A DNA stretch of 64,000 nt from an uncultured Gammaproteobacteria bacterium (GCA_963762165.1 CAVXJN010000003.1:288694-352693), one strand, 5' to 3'. Numbered from the stretch's first letter, positions 1 through 10,771 are shown. A program made the numbers and translations. The notes: a model not told the origin generated them from the letters alone.

Positions 1-1447
1 CGGACGTCTGGCCCTGCGGCAATTGCTCGCCGAACATGCCAGCGCGCTTTGCCGGAACACGCGCCTGCCCGTCATTGCCGTCGACGATGCTCAGGCGCTG
101 ACCCAGCCGGCGTTGTCAGAACTCGCCGCCCTGGCCTCGCCAGCCGAAGGCTGGCATGTGCTACTTGCCGGTGAAGCTCGCGACGAACCCTGGCTGCAAC
201 AGGCCGGTTTTCCCGCTGCCGAGGTGCATGTGCTGGAATGGCCGCGCCTGTCCCAGGCGCAAACCGGCGCTTATCTGTCCCATCGACTCGCAACCGCGGG
301 GTGTAGCGGCCAGTTGCCCCTGACCCAGGAGCAACTGGCCAAGTTGCACCGGGACAGCCGCGGACTGCCGGCCGAAATCGATCGCCTGGCGCCTGAAATG
401 CTGAGCCACAAGAGAGCGGCCGCGTCGGTTATAGCGCCGCCGGCGCCGAAGCGGCGCGGATTGCCGCTGCGCAATACGGTACGCATCGTCGGCCTGGTGC
501 TGCTGATCGGCGCAGCCGCAGTAGTGCTGACGCAGCAGGACCGTATCAATGCACTGTTTGAACAACGCCCGGCCCCCGCGAGCGCCCCTGCAAGCCCCAT
601 TGCGCTGCCCAGCCGGCCGCCGCCGGCGCCGCCGTCAGGCGAGCCGGAGCAGGAAACACAGCCGCAACAGGCCGACAACGGTACGCCTGGAACCGCGCCG
701 GAGGGCGGACCCGGCACCGAGGTCAGCGGATCTCTGGCGTCATCCGAACCAGCCGTGGAGCCGGTCGCCCCGACGCCGGGCCCGCCTGCGGCCGCCACTA
801 TCCCGGATAGTTCGAGCCCGCAGGCGTCCGCGCCGACCCCGGCCGCGCCAACCCCTGACCCTGTGGCACCCGAGTCGCCGCCTGAGTCGGCAACCGCGGC
901 GCGCAGCGCCACGGCAAGCCCTGCAGAGCAGGCTCCGCAAGCGGCGGCCGACGCGGTAAGCGGCTCCGCCAGCGCGGGGGCTCCGGCTGGCGAGCGGAAA
1001 ACAGCGCCGCCCCTCCCCGCAGTGGCGCCGCCCAGGGCCGACTCGGAACCCGACGCCGCGACCGCAACTGTGCCATCGCCAGCCAGCGCGCCGTCAAAGC
1101 CGAGCGTCGACGAGGCCAAGCCCCCGGCGCCCGTATCCGACACCGCAACCGACAAGCAATGGCTGCTGACCCGACCGGCCAGCCATTACACGTTGCAATT
1201 GCTGGGCTCGCGGCAAGCACAGCCGCTGCAGGAGTGGATCGACCGCTATGCGCTGAAATCCGACACGGCCTCGTACAGGATTGAATATCAAGGCGCTGAC
1301 TGGTACGTCCTGGTACATGGCGATTTCGCCGACCTGGGCGCGGCGCGCGACGCCGTGGCCAAACTGCCCCCTGGGTTACGGCGTGCGGGCCCGTGGCCGC
1401 GGCCGTTTTCGGCAGTGCAACAGGAAGTTCGCCGCGGCCGGAAATAG
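1..1447 (+). CDS. AAA+ ATPase (ExeA/MshM-like; Walker B 'VIAVDDAQ') fused to a C-terminal SPOR peptidoglycan-binding domain (DamX-like). 5' end truncated by the window. Long Pro/Ala-rich low-complexity linker.
   Basis: Frame is open back to nt 2. DEAQ-type Walker B motif near the N-terminus. C-terminal ~80 aa fit a SPOR domain (YTLQLLGSRQ...YRIEYQGADWYVLVHGDFADLGAARDAV). Located upstream of hemE. Confidence 0.6.
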   Translation, partial: GRLALRQLLAEHASALCRNTRLPVIAVDDAQALTQPALSELAALASPAEGWHVLLAGEARDEPWLQQAGFPAAEVHVLEWPRLSQAQTGAYLSHRLATAGCSGQLPLTQEQLAKLHRDSRGLPAEIDRLAPEMLSHKRAAASVIAPPAPKRRGLPLRNTVRIVGLVLLIGAAAVVLTQQDRINALFEQRPAPASAPASPIALPSRPPPAPPSGEPEQETQPQQADNGTPGTAPEGGPGTEVSGSLASSEPAVEPVAPTPGPPAAATIPDSSSPQASAPTPAAPTPDPVAPESPPESATAARSATASPAEQAPQAAADAVSGSASAGAPAGERKTAPPLPAVAPPRADSEPDAATATVPSPASAPSKPSVDEAKPPAPVSDTATDKQWLLTRPASHYTLQLLGSRQAQPLQEWIDRYALKSDTASYRIEYQGADWYVLVHGDFADLGAARDAVAKLPPGLRRAGPWPRPFSAVQQEVRRGRK

Positions 1448-1658
1448 CGCCGCAGACATTTGAATCACGCTTCCGGCGCCGGGTATACTGCCCCATTGCT
1501 GGCGTCGCAGCGTGTTGCGCTGGCCGACGTTCGTTGTCACCAGATCGCTCACATAGCGTCCCCGACTGCAACCCGGACTGCGAATCTGTACCGCCCGCTG
1601 GCGCCGGGATCCGGCACCGCCAATGCAGACCACCGACCGCACCGCGACGACAAAAGAT

Positions 1659-2738
1659 ATGAATGAACTGAAGAACGACCGTTTGCTGCGCGCATTGATG
1701 CGCCAGCCGGTGGACCGCACGCCGATTTGGATCATGCGCCAGGCCGGACGCTATTTGCCGGAATACCGCGCCACCAGAGCCAAAGCCGGCAGCTTCATGG
1801 ACTTGTGCCGCAATCCGGAACTCGCCTGCGAAGTCACCATGCAGCCCATCGAGCGCTACGACCTAGATGCGGCGATCCTTTTCTCCGATATTCTCACCAT
1901 TCCCGACGCCATGGGACTGGGACTGTATTTCACCGAAGGCGAAGGGCCGAAATTCGAGCGCCCATTGCGCACCGAGGCCGACATCCGGAAGTTGTCCGCC
2001 CCGGATCCGGAACAGGAACTCGGCTACGTAATGGATGCCGTGCGCACCATTCGCGGCGCTCTTGGCGGCCGCGTGCCCCTGATCGGTTTTTCGGGCAGTC
2101 CCTGGACGTTGGCCACCTACATGGTGGAAGGCGGCGCGGCGAAGGTATTCCAAAACACCAAATCTCTGATGTTCGATCGCCCCGACCTGATGCACCGGCT
2201 ACTCAGTGTATTGGCGGACGCGGTAACGGACTATCTCAACGCGCAGGTCCGTGCCGGGGCCCAGGCGCTGATGGTCTTCGACACCTGGGGCGGCATGCTC
2301 ACCACCCGCGATTACCGCGCATTTTCCCTGGCCTACATGCGGCGCATAGTCGATCGCCTGATCCGCGACCACGAAGGCCGCCGGGTGCCGGTGACCCTGT
2401 TCACCAAGGGCGGTGCGCTGTGGCTGGAGGACATTGCCGATAGCGGTTGCGACGGCATCGGCCTCGACTGGACAATCGAACTGTCCGCTGCGCGGGCACG
2501 CGTCGGCGAGCGGGTCGCGCTGCAAGGCAATATGGACCCCTGCGCTCTCTATGCCTCGCCGGACTACATCCGCGCCGAAGTCGCCCGGGTGCTGGAAAGT
2601 TTCGGCAGCGGCAGTGGTCACGTATTCAACCTCGGCCATGGCATCCAGCCCACCGTCGACCCGGAACACACCGCCGCCCTGGTGGCTGCAGTGCACGAAC
2701 TGAGCCCCGCCTACCACGTTCAGGCTGCGGCATCCTAA
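1659..2738 (+). CDS. hemE: Uroporphyrinogen decarboxylase
   Basis: N-terminus [37 protein letters not shown] is the HemE signature. ~359 aa. ATG at 1659 lies inside track ORF 1623..2738. Confidence 0.92.
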   Translation: MNELKNDRLLRALMRQPVDRTPIWIMRQAGRYLPEYRATRAKAGSFMDLCRNPELACEVTMQPIERYDLDAAILFSDILTIPDAMGLGLYFTEGEGPKFERPLRTEADIRKLSAPDPEQELGYVMDAVRTIRGALGGRVPLIGFSGSPWTLATYMVEGGAAKVFQNTKSLMFDRPDLMHRLLSVLADAVTDYLNAQVRAGAQALMVFDTWGGMLTTRDYRAFSLAYMRRIVDRLIRDHEGRRVPVTLFTKGGALWLEDIADSGCDGIGLDWTIELSAARARVGERVALQGNMDPCALYASPDYIRAEVARVLESFGSGSGHVFNLGHGIQPTVDPEHTAALVAAVHELSPAYHVQAAAS

Positions 2739-2815
2739 AGGATCGAGCGCTCGCTGCCGTTAAGATGCCAGGAATGGGGAGCGGTGTCGGCTCCACCTCC
2801 GCGCAGAGCGGTTTC

Positions 2816-4045
2816 ATGAAACGAAAAATCGCCGTCTCGGATCTGAATTGCGGAATGTACGTGTGCGAACTCGACCGCCCGTGGCTCGAGTCTCAATGCC
2901 TGTTCCAGGGTTTTCGCATCGAAACTTCCGCGCAGCTACATGAATTTCAGAACGGTTGCCTGCGGGAGTGCCGTTACGTCGTCATCGATACGGTGAAAGG
3001 CGTCGATCTGGTTACCGCTCCATCGGCCCGAAGTACGTCCGATGCGCCAGCGGCAGCGCCTGGTAAAAGGGCCTATCCCCGCACGGTAGCCGTCGAGACC
3101 GAGTTCGCCAAGGCCGACTCGGCGCGCTCCAGCGCACGCGGCTTTATCGACCAAGTGTTCGCCGACGTTGCCGCCGGCCGGGCGCCGCGTCTCAACGACG
3201 TGCGCGTCGTGATCGAAAACCTGGTCGACAGCATCGTCCGCAATCCAGACGCACAGATGTGTCTCACCCAACTCAAGGAACGCGATCAGTATACGGCGCA
3301 ACACAGCGTCAACGTGTGCGTGTTGAGTCTGGCCTTCGGCCGTCATCTAGGCTTGCCGAAATCCGGCCTGCAACTGCTCGGCACCGGCGCGCTGCTGCAC
3401 GACATCGGCAAGCTCAAGACACCGCTCGAGATCCTCAACAAGCCAGGACGTCTCAGCGACCAAGAATTCACGATCATGAAACAGCATCCCGAGCGCGGTC
3501 GCGAGGTGTTGAGTGCGATTCCGGGCATGCCGAGCGAAGTGATCGATATCGCCCTCAGCCACCACGAACGCTTGCAGGGACATGGCTATCCGCGCGGACT
3601 GGAGTCGGACGCGATTTCGCCTTGGAGCAAAATGGTGGCAATCGTCGATGTCTACGACGCCATCACCAGCGATCGCGTCTATCATGACGGTATGGCGTCG
3701 ACCGAAGCGTTGACGCGCATGTACGAATGGCGGGAACGCGACTTCGATCCGCAACTGCTGGAACAGTTCATTCAGTGTATTGGAATTTACCCGATCGGCA
3801 GCCTGGTGGAGTTGAGCAGCGGAGAGGTGGGCGTGGTGATCAGCGTCAACCCGCGGTTGCGGCTGCGACCGAAGGCGATATTGGTACTCGACTGCGACAA
3901 GAATCCGTATTTCCCAACCCGGATCGTCGATCTTGCTCGCTATCTGGACAACGACTCCGGGCCCTACACCATTCGTCGCGTGTTGGAACCGGGCGCACAT
4001 AACATCGACGTGCGCGAACATCTGCGGCAACTGAAGGCTGGCTGA
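2816..4045 (+). CDS. HD-GYP domain c-di-GMP phosphodiesterase with N-terminal DUF3391-like domain
   Basis: Motifs HDIGK, HHERLQGHGYPRG (HD + GYP). N-terminus MKRKIAVSDLNCGMYVCELDRPWL is typical of DUF3391. The upstream part of track ORF 2447.. overlaps hemE in another frame and is rejected as the start. Confidence 0.85.
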   Translation: MKRKIAVSDLNCGMYVCELDRPWLESQCLFQGFRIETSAQLHEFQNGCLRECRYVVIDTVKGVDLVTAPSARSTSDAPAAAPGKRAYPRTVAVETEFAKADSARSSARGFIDQVFADVAAGRAPRLNDVRVVIENLVDSIVRNPDAQMCLTQLKERDQYTAQHSVNVCVLSLAFGRHLGLPKSGLQLLGTGALLHDIGKLKTPLEILNKPGRLSDQEFTIMKQHPERGREVLSAIPGMPSEVIDIALSHHERLQGHGYPRGLESDAISPWSKMVAIVDVYDAITSDRVYHDGMASTEALTRMYEWRERDFDPQLLEQFIQCIGIYPIGSLVELSSGEVGVVISVNPRLRLRPKAILVLDCDKNPYFPTRIVDLARYLDNDSGPYTIRRVLEPGAHNIDVREHLRQLKAG

Positions 4046-4540
4046 TTACGGCCGCGCTGCGGTCAACGTTGCCGCCGGGGTCTCGAACGCCTGCGCCGAC
4101 TCATAGGAAAGATCCCGCTGCGCGAGCACGCGGCCCGCTTCGTCGACCACACTGACCCGCCAGTGACCGTGCCATTCCGGGCGCAGGTTTTTACGGGACC
4201 ATACCCGCCACCGCCAACCGCCGACATCGAAGCTGACTTCCGCCATGACTTTGCCTTCGTATTCCCAGCGATGGGTAACGCGCTGTCCCGCCAGCCCTCG
4301 CAATTCTGTAAAACAATAAACGTGCGATTCGCCATTGCCCAGGGTCAGGATGCTATCCACCGGCTCCCGATCCACCACGGCGCTGGTGAATGCCGCGCGC
4401 ACCACCTCCCCCTCGGCGGGCTGCGCGGATTCGGCGCCGGCGGCGGGCGGATCCGAGCGAAGAGCGCCAGGCTCATCGGCGCTTGCCTGGATTTGCCACA
4501 ACAGCATGGCGGCTAGGAGTGCAAAAAAGTATCGCGTCAT
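4046..4540 (-). CDS. Exported DUF2914-family protein with signal peptide
   Basis: Signal peptide MTRYFFALLAAMLLWQIQASA. C-terminal domain resembles DUF2914 (W/H-rich beta region). Confidence 0.5.
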   Translation of the reverse strand: MTRYFFALLAAMLLWQIQASADEPGALRSDPPAAGAESAQPAEGEVVRAAFTSAVVDREPVDSILTLGNGESHVYCFTELRGLAGQRVTHRWEYEGKVMAEVSFDVGGWRWRVWSRKNLRPEWHGHWRVSVVDEAGRVLAQRDLSYESAQAFETPAATLTAARP

Positions 4541-4693
4541 TGGACTTCCCGGTGGCGGCAAGCGCGGCCCGAGACTCTACTATGGGCAGTGGAAGGCGCG
4601 ATTTCCGCGGCACCGGTCACGCCTGCGGCGTGCAACGGTTCCAAAACCGATGTCGCCTAGCCATTCAGGGTCCATGGCGCACGGTCGGCGCGG

Positions 4694-5314
4694 CTAATCC
4701 GCGGGTCGAAGCAGGGGCTCGAGAGCGGGCCAGACGTTGGCCAACATGCGCGCTTGGCCAGCCGCCTGCGGATGAATGCCGTCGTCCTGCATCAGCGCGG
4801 GGTTATCCGCGACGCCGGCCAGGAAGTGCGCCACCAGCGGCACCTGGTATTGCTCGGCAAGCTGCTGATAAACGTCGCGGAACCTTTTCAGGAATACGGG
4901 GCCATAGTTGGGTGGCAGGCGCACCCCAAGCAGCAAGACCTTGGTGCCCTCTTGGCGCAACCGTGCGAGGATCGCGCCCAGGTTGTCGTGCATGGCCGCC
5001 AGCGACAGGCCGCGCAGCCCGTCGTTGCCACCCAGCTCGACCACCGCGATGTCCGGTTGCTCGCGTTTTAGCACCGCCGGCAGCCGCGCAAGCGCACTGC
5101 TGGTGGTATCGCCGCTGATGCTCGCGTTGACGACCCGGTAGGTGGGCGCACGTTGACGCAGGCGCTGTTGCAACAGCGCGACCCAGCCGTCGCCTTGTTC
5201 GATCCCGTGCCCGGCGCTCAGGCTGTCGCCGAGCACCAGCAACACCGGTTGTTCGGCGAACGCCGGCGTGACCACTACCAGTAACCCCAATATCCACAGG
5301 ATTCGCAATATCAT
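4694..5314 (-). CDS. tesA: Periplasmic arylesterase / acyl-CoA thioesterase I / lysophospholipase L1 (SGNH/GDSL hydrolase)
   Basis: Signal peptide then LLVLGDSLSAG (GDS(L) motif), GGNDGLRG block, DDGIHP catalytic block. Divergent from ybbA, as in E. coli. Confidence 0.85.
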   Translation of the reverse strand: MILRILWILGLLVVVTPAFAEQPVLLVLGDSLSAGHGIEQGDGWVALLQQRLRQRAPTYRVVNASISGDTTSSALARLPAVLKREQPDIAVVELGGNDGLRGLSLAAMHDNLGAILARLRQEGTKVLLLGVRLPPNYGPVFLKRFRDVYQQLAEQYQVPLVAHFLAGVADNPALMQDDGIHPQAAGQARMLANVWPALEPLLRPAD

Positions 5315-6008
5315 GAACCGATCCACCTCTGCGGCGATTGTGCAGGCCCGTCGGTTGGGCAAGCAAGTCGCCAGTCCGAGCGGACCGCTGACCATTCTTG
5401 ACGACATCAGCCTGGACATCGAGACCGGAGAGCAAGTGGCGGTACTCGGCGCGTCCGGCTCCGGCAAATCCACCCTGTTGGGCTTGCTCGCCGGCCTGGA
5501 CACGCCCAGCTCGGGCGAGGTTTTCCTGCATGGCCGCTCGCTCGGCGCCATGTCCGAGGACGGGCGCGCGGCGTTGCGCGCCGGGCGGGTGGGGTTCGTA
5601 TTCCAGAACTTTCACTTGCTCGGCGGCCTCACGGCGCTGGAAAACGTCATGCTGCCGCTGGAACTGGCCGGCGACGACGACCCTGGCGGGCAAGCCGAAG
5701 CGGTGCTGCAACAAGTCGGACTCGGCGCGCGCATCGCCCATTATCCGAACCAGCTGTCCGGAGGCGAACAGCAGCGGGTGGCGTTGGCACGCGCATTCGC
5801 CTCCCAGCCGTCGGTGCTGTTCGCCGACGAACCCACCGGCAATCTCGATCAGCGCACCGGCGCTCAGGTCATCGATTTGTTGTTTTCGCTCAACGCCGAG
5901 CAACGCACGACGCTGATCCTCGTAACCCACGATGCAGCGCTCGCCGAGCGCTGCGGGCGGCGCCTGCAGCTCGAAGGCGGTCGGTTGTTGAGCACGGTTT
6001 CGACATGA
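5313..6008 (+). CDS. ybbA: ABC transporter ATP-binding protein YbbA (lipoprotein-release/MacB-like family)
   Basis: Walker [24 protein letters not shown] signature, Walker [15 protein letters not shown] at 5313; an alternative GTG lies at 5268. Confidence 0.85.
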   Translation: MNRSTSAAIVQARRLGKQVASPSGPLTILDDISLDIETGEQVAVLGASGSGKSTLLGLLAGLDTPSSGEVFLHGRSLGAMSEDGRAALRAGRVGFVFQNFHLLGGLTALENVMLPLELAGDDDPGGQAEAVLQQVGLGARIAHYPNQLSGGEQQRVALARAFASQPSVLFADEPTGNLDQRTGAQVIDLLFSLNAEQRTTLILVTHDAALAERCGRRLQLEGGRLLSTVST

Positions 6009-8494
6009 GCGCGCTGGCGATGTCGCTGCGGTTGCTGCGCCGAGAATGGCGCAGCGGCGAAATGCGGGCGCTGGCCGGCGCGTTGATCGTCGCGGTGACG
6101 GCGATGACGGCGGTGGGCTTCTTTACCAGCCGGGTCGAGCGGGCGCTGGTGGGCCAGGCCAGCGAGCTGATGGCCGCCGATCTGGTGGTGAGTTCATCGG
6201 AAACCATTGACCCGCAGTTGCGTACTACGGCGTCCGAGTACCACTTGCGCACGGCCCGGACCCTGAGCTTCGCCAGTGTGGTGGTAGCCAACGACCGGGT
6301 GGTGTTGACGGCGATCAAAGCCGTCAGCGCCAGCTATCCGTTGCGGGGCACGTTGCGCATGGCCGAAAAACCGTATGGCGAAGGGCGTGTCGCCCGCGCC
6401 CTTCCGGAACCGGGCTCGGTGTGGCTGGAATCGCGGCTGGCCGCGGCTTTGGGCGTCGGCGTCGGCGACCGACTGGCGGTCGGCGAGCGCAAGCTGATGA
6501 TCAGCGGCATTCTCACCTATGAGCCCGATCGCGCAGGCGAGATTTTCAGCGTCGCGCCACGCCTGCTGATGCGGCTGCAGGACGTGCCGGGCACCGGGCT
6601 GCTGGCGCCGGGCAGCCGGGTCAAACACCGGCTGCTGTTGGCTGGCCAAGGAGACGACGTGCAGCGCTACCGGGCATGGACCGCGAGCCGGGTGCAGCCG
6701 CCCGCCGAGGTGGAGGGCGTAGGCGACTCGCGGCCGGAACTGCGTGCCGCGTTGGATCGCGGCCAGCGCTTCCTGGGTCTGGCCGCCCTGGTGGCGGTAT
6801 TGCTGGCGGCGGTCGCGATCGCCATCAGTGCCCAGCGTTTTGCCCAGCGGCACCTCGATCAAACCGCGATCATGCGCGCCCTGGGCGCGACACAGCGGCT
6901 GATCAACCGAACCTATTTGCTGCAATTGACCTGGCTCGGCCTGGGATGCGGCTTGCTCGGCACGCTCGCCGGGCTGCTTTCGCAGTCGATCCTTGCCCGA
7001 CTGCTGCGCGGACTGGCGGTGGTGCAACTGCCGGCCCCGGGGATATTGCCTGCCGTGGCCGGCGTCGCCGCCGGGCTGCTGATCCTGTACGCCTTTGCCG
7101 TACCGCCGCTGCTGGCGCTGGCGCGGGTGTCGCCGGCCCGCGTGCTGCGCCGCGACCTGGTACCGCCCTCGCCGAGCCAACGTGCGGTCTATGGCAGCGC
7201 GCTGCTGGCGGCAGTCGCTCTGGTATTGTGGCAGGCGCAGGACACCAAACTGGCGTTGCTGTTCCTGCTCGGCGCGTCCGTGACCCTGGCGCTATTGGGA
7301 ATCTTCGCCTGGCTGCTGGTACGGCTGCTGCAACCCTTGCGCAGACGGGTCGGGGTGTCCTGGCGCTTCGGGCTGGCCAACATCGTGCGCCGGTCCCGTA
7401 CCAGTACGGTTCAGGTGCTCGGTTTCGGCCTCGGCATCATGGCATTGCTGTTGTTGACCCTGGTGCGCGGCGATCTGCTCGGCGACTGGCGCGCCAGTCT
7501 GCCGGAGGATGCACCCAACCAATTCGCGATCAACATCCAAACCGAACAGCTGCCTGCGCTACGGCAATGGTTCGAAAGCCACCACCGCCAAGCGCCGCAA
7601 CTTTACCCGATGGTGCGCGGCCGGTTACTGAAGATCAACGATCACGTGGTGCACGAAAGCGACTATTCCGAACCCCGCGCGCAACGCCTGGCAACCCGGG
7701 AATTCAATCTTTCATGGAGCGAGCACCTGCACGCTGGCAACAAACTCGCAGCCGGTAACTGGTGGGGCAGCGCTCACTCCGCCACGGGGCAATGGTCGGT
7801 GGAACAAGGCATCGCCCAGACGCTGGGCATTCATGTCGGCGACCAGCTGACCTACCGAATCGCCGACCGGGAATTGACCGCGAGGGTCTCCAGCCTGCGT
7901 ACGGTGAATTGGGAATCCTTTCGGCCGAACTTTTTCGTCATCGCGCCGCCGGGGATGCTGGACGATTTTCCCGCCACCTGGATCAGCAGTTTTCGCTTGG
8001 CCGCCAACGATAAAGATCTGCTCACCGATTTGGTGGCGCGGTTTCCGAACGTGACCATCATCGATGTCGAAGCGGTCATGGCCCAGGTACGCGACATCAT
8101 GGACCAGGTGGCCTCGGCTGTGGAGTACGTGTTCGGCTTTACCCTGTTGGCCGGACTGGTGGTGCTCTACGCCGCTATCCAGGCCACCCAGGACGAACGT
8201 CTGCGGGAAGGGGCGATTCTGCGGACCTTGGGCGCATCGCGGCGACGCCTGGTAGTGGGCGTGGCGAGTGAATTCGTGATCATCGGCCTACTTGCCGGAC
8301 TGCTGGCTGCGTTCGGGGCGACGCTGGCCGCCTACATGGTCGCCACGCAACTGCTGGACCTGCCGTTCACGCTGCGACCGCTGTGGTGGCTGGCCGGAAT
8401 GTTGGGCGGCGGGCTCGGTGTCGGATTGGCGGGCATCATCGGGACGCGCCAGGTGCTGCGACAGCCGCCGTTGCAGACCCTGCGCAAGACCTGA
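6005..8494 (+). CDS. ybbP: ABC transporter permease YbbP (FtsX-like, two permease domains)
   Basis: 829 aa with many TM segments. Start overlaps the ybbA stop (ATGA). tesA-ybbA-ybbP synteny as in E. coli. Confidence 0.8.
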   Translation: MSALAMSLRLLRREWRSGEMRALAGALIVAVTAMTAVGFFTSRVERALVGQASELMAADLVVSSSETIDPQLRTTASEYHLRTARTLSFASVVVANDRVVLTAIKAVSASYPLRGTLRMAEKPYGEGRVARALPEPGSVWLESRLAAALGVGVGDRLAVGERKLMISGILTYEPDRAGEIFSVAPRLLMRLQDVPGTGLLAPGSRVKHRLLLAGQGDDVQRYRAWTASRVQPPAEVEGVGDSRPELRAALDRGQRFLGLAALVAVLLAAVAIAISAQRFAQRHLDQTAIMRALGATQRLINRTYLLQLTWLGLGCGLLGTLAGLLSQSILARLLRGLAVVQLPAPGILPAVAGVAAGLLILYAFAVPPLLALARVSPARVLRRDLVPPSPSQRAVYGSALLAAVALVLWQAQDTKLALLFLLGASVTLALLGIFAWLLVRLLQPLRRRVGVSWRFGLANIVRRSRTSTVQVLGFGLGIMALLLLTLVRGDLLGDWRASLPEDAPNQFAINIQTEQLPALRQWFESHHRQAPQLYPMVRGRLLKINDHVVHESDYSEPRAQRLATREFNLSWSEHLHAGNKLAAGNWWGSAHSATGQWSVEQGIAQTLGIHVGDQLTYRIADRELTARVSSLRTVNWESFRPNFFVIAPPGMLDDFPATWISSFRLAANDKDLLTDLVARFPNVTIIDVEAVMAQVRDIMDQVASAVEYVFGFTLLAGLVVLYAAIQATQDERLREGAILRTLGASRRRLVVGVASEFVIIGLLAGLLAAFGATLAAYMVATQLLDLPFTLRPLWWLAGMLGGGLGVGLAGIIGTRQVLRQPPLQTLRKT

Positions 8495-8501
8495 GCGCTT
8501 G

Positions 8502-9461
8502 TCAGGTCACCACGTTGCGCGGCCTTCCGGCGATAAAGGCGAGCACATTTGCGGCCACTTCCTCGATCATGCGCTGACGCGACTCCCGACTGGCCCAGGC
8601 CGTGTGCGGGGTGACGATCAGGTTCGGAATCGGCGGTTCGCGCAACAGCGGATTACCGTCGCGGGGCGGCTCGCGGCTCAGGACATCGAAGCCGGCACCG
8701 CCCAAGCGTCTGCTGCACAACGCATCGGCCAGCGCGGCCTCGTCGACAATGCCGCCGCGGGCGGTATTGATCAGCACCGCATCGGCTTTCATCATCGCCA
8801 GCTCGCGGGCACCGATCAGATTGCGGGTCTCGGCAGTCAAAGGACAATGCAGGCTCAGGACATCGACCCGCGGCAACAGCACGTCCAGGGGCACGCGGTC
8901 TGCCGCGGGCGCGTCGCTTCCGGGGCGCTGCGCCACCAGCACTTGCATTCCGAACGCCTGCGCAACACGGCCGACGGCGCGGCCGAGTTCACCGTAGCCG
9001 ACGATCCCCATCACCTTGCCGCTCAACTCCCGAATGGGGAAATCCAGACTGCAAAACTGTTCGCTGCGCTGCCAATTGCCTTCGTGCACCCAATGATCGT
9101 AATCGAGCAGGCGGGTCGAAAGGGCAAGCAACAGTCCGAACACGTGCTGGACGACGGCAGGCGTGGCATAACCGACGACGTTGCTGACCGTGACATGACG
9201 CTGCCGCGCCGCGTTCAGGTCGATGTTGTTGGTGCCGGTGGCGGCAACGCAGATAAACCGCAGCGCTTCGGCAGCGGCGACGGCATCCGCATCCAACACC
9301 ACCTTGTTGCTCACTACGACGTCGCAGCCTTCGATGCGCGAGGCTACCTGGTGCGGGTCGGTGGCCGGATGAAAATTCCAGTCCGGCAATGCGCGTTCAA
9401 GCGGCGAAAGCAGCAGATCGCCGGTACTCACCGATTCCAAGTCGAGAAACACGCCCCGCAT
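8502..9461 (-). CDS. D-isomer-specific 2-hydroxyacid dehydrogenase (glycerate/hydroxypyruvate reductase family)
   Basis: NAD-binding motif GIVGYGELGRAVGRVA. Catalytic R/E/H pattern (NTARGGIVDE ... TPHTAWAS). Confidence 0.8.
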   Translation of the reverse strand: MRGVFLDLESVSTGDLLLSPLERALPDWNFHPATDPHQVASRIEGCDVVVSNKVVLDADAVAAAEALRFICVAATGTNNIDLNAARQRHVTVSNVVGYATPAVVQHVFGLLLALSTRLLDYDHWVHEGNWQRSEQFCSLDFPIRELSGKVMGIVGYGELGRAVGRVAQAFGMQVLVAQRPGSDAPAADRVPLDVLLPRVDVLSLHCPLTAETRNLIGARELAMMKADAVLINTARGGIVDEAALADALCSRRLGGAGFDVLSREPPRDGNPLLREPPIPNLIVTPHTAWASRESRQRMIEEVAANVLAFIAGRPRNVVT

Positions 9462-9543
9462 GTGGTCTCCATATTTGAATCATGACTGACCCGGTTGGGC
9501 ACTGCCGGTATACTCGGGCGTGCCGTCCAACAGGGAGCCCGTG

Positions 9544-10563
9544 ATGCGCTACGAGCCAGAGTCCAGTCTAGCAGACCGACCTTCGTGCACTGGTGTATTG
9601 CTGACCAATCTCGGTACACCGGATGCGCCGACCAAACAAGCGCTGGTTCGCTATCTGGGTGAATTTCTCTGGGACCCGCGGGTGATCGAACAGTCCCGCT
9701 GGGTCTGGTGGCCTGCCCTGCACGGCGTCATCCTGCGGACGCGTCCCGCGAAAGCAGCGCGCGCGTATGCCAAGGTCTGGACCGACGCCGGCTCACCGTT
9801 ACTGGCGATTTCCAAGCGCCAGGCGAGTGCGTTGCAGGCAGCGCTGGACGATCGTGGCAGCGGCCCCGTCAAGGTGGCGCTTGCCATGCGCTACGGCAAT
9901 CCATCCATTCGCGACGGCCTCGAGACGCTGCGACAGCACAACGCCAGGCGCGTGCTGGTGTTGCCGTTGTATCCGCAGTATTCGGCAACGACCACCGCCT
10001 CAACCATCGACGCGGTCGGCGAGGTTCTGAAGCGCTGGCGGGTGATCCCCGAACTGCGCACCATAAATGAATACTGGCGCGAGTCCGGTTACATCGGCGC
10101 GCTGGCGCAAAGTATCCGGGACCACTGGCAGGTCAACGGCAAAGGCGACAAATTACTGTTCTCGTTCCACGGCTTGCCGAAGCGTTATGTCGACGCCGGC
10201 GACCCCTATCAGGCGCAATGCCAATGCACGGCGAGCCTGGTCGCGGACGAACTGGAACTCGACCCGGATCAGTGGCAACTGGCCTTCCAATCCCGCTTCG
10301 GGCCTCAGGAATGGCTCAAACCCTACACCGACGAAACGCTGAAAGCCTGGGGCAAACAAGGCCTGAAAAGCGTAGATGTATTGTCGCCGGGCTTTTCCGC
10401 CGATTGCCTGGAGACTCTGGAGGAGATCGATCAGGAAAACCGCGAACTGTTCCAGGCGGCCGGCGGCGGCTCCTATCGTTACATCCCGGCGCTCAACGAT
10501 ACGCCCGCCCATATCGCATTTCTCGTTGAGTTGGTGGCCAAGCATCTCCAGGGCTGGAACTGA
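9544..10563 (+). CDS. hemH: Ferrochelatase
   Basis: GVLLTNLGTPDAP, LPLYPQYS, FSFHGLP, SPGFSADCLETLEE ferrochelatase motifs. ~340 aa. Confidence 0.92.
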   Translation: MRYEPESSLADRPSCTGVLLTNLGTPDAPTKQALVRYLGEFLWDPRVIEQSRWVWWPALHGVILRTRPAKAARAYAKVWTDAGSPLLAISKRQASALQAALDDRGSGPVKVALAMRYGNPSIRDGLETLRQHNARRVLVLPLYPQYSATTTASTIDAVGEVLKRWRVIPELRTINEYWRESGYIGALAQSIRDHWQVNGKGDKLLFSFHGLPKRYVDAGDPYQAQCQCTASLVADELELDPDQWQLAFQSRFGPQEWLKPYTDETLKAWGKQGLKSVDVLSPGFSADCLETLEEIDQENRELFQAAGGGSYRYIPALNDTPAHIAFLVELVAKHLQGWN

Positions 10564-10771
10564 GGGTGGCTTTCATGAGCCGTCCGCGCGCGTGCCATCA
10601 GACCGGGCTGCACGGAATGGGCGGCACTCCAGTCGAAGTTGTGGCCGGGACGTCGCCTGCGGCCGGCGATTCATTTACAATAGATGCATTTTAAATACAT
10701 GTAATTTCTGCAGGCTTGTGCTGTTATCGACGTGACCCGTCGCTGCGCGCGAAGGCCCCCGGAACCGAGCT

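Noticed and set aside
271-1571. Large antisense/alternate-frame ORFs (271..1155 -, 798..1571 -, 549..959 +) rich in Arg/Ala/Gly overlapping the SPOR-protein gene
   Set aside because: Typical high-GC frame artefacts. No motifs, and they overlap a gene with clear domain evidence.
2447-2815. Upstream extension of the HD-GYP ORF overlapping hemE
   Set aside because: Arg-rich non-conserved translation overlapping hemE in another frame. The conserved DUF3391 N-terminus starts at the ATG at 2816.
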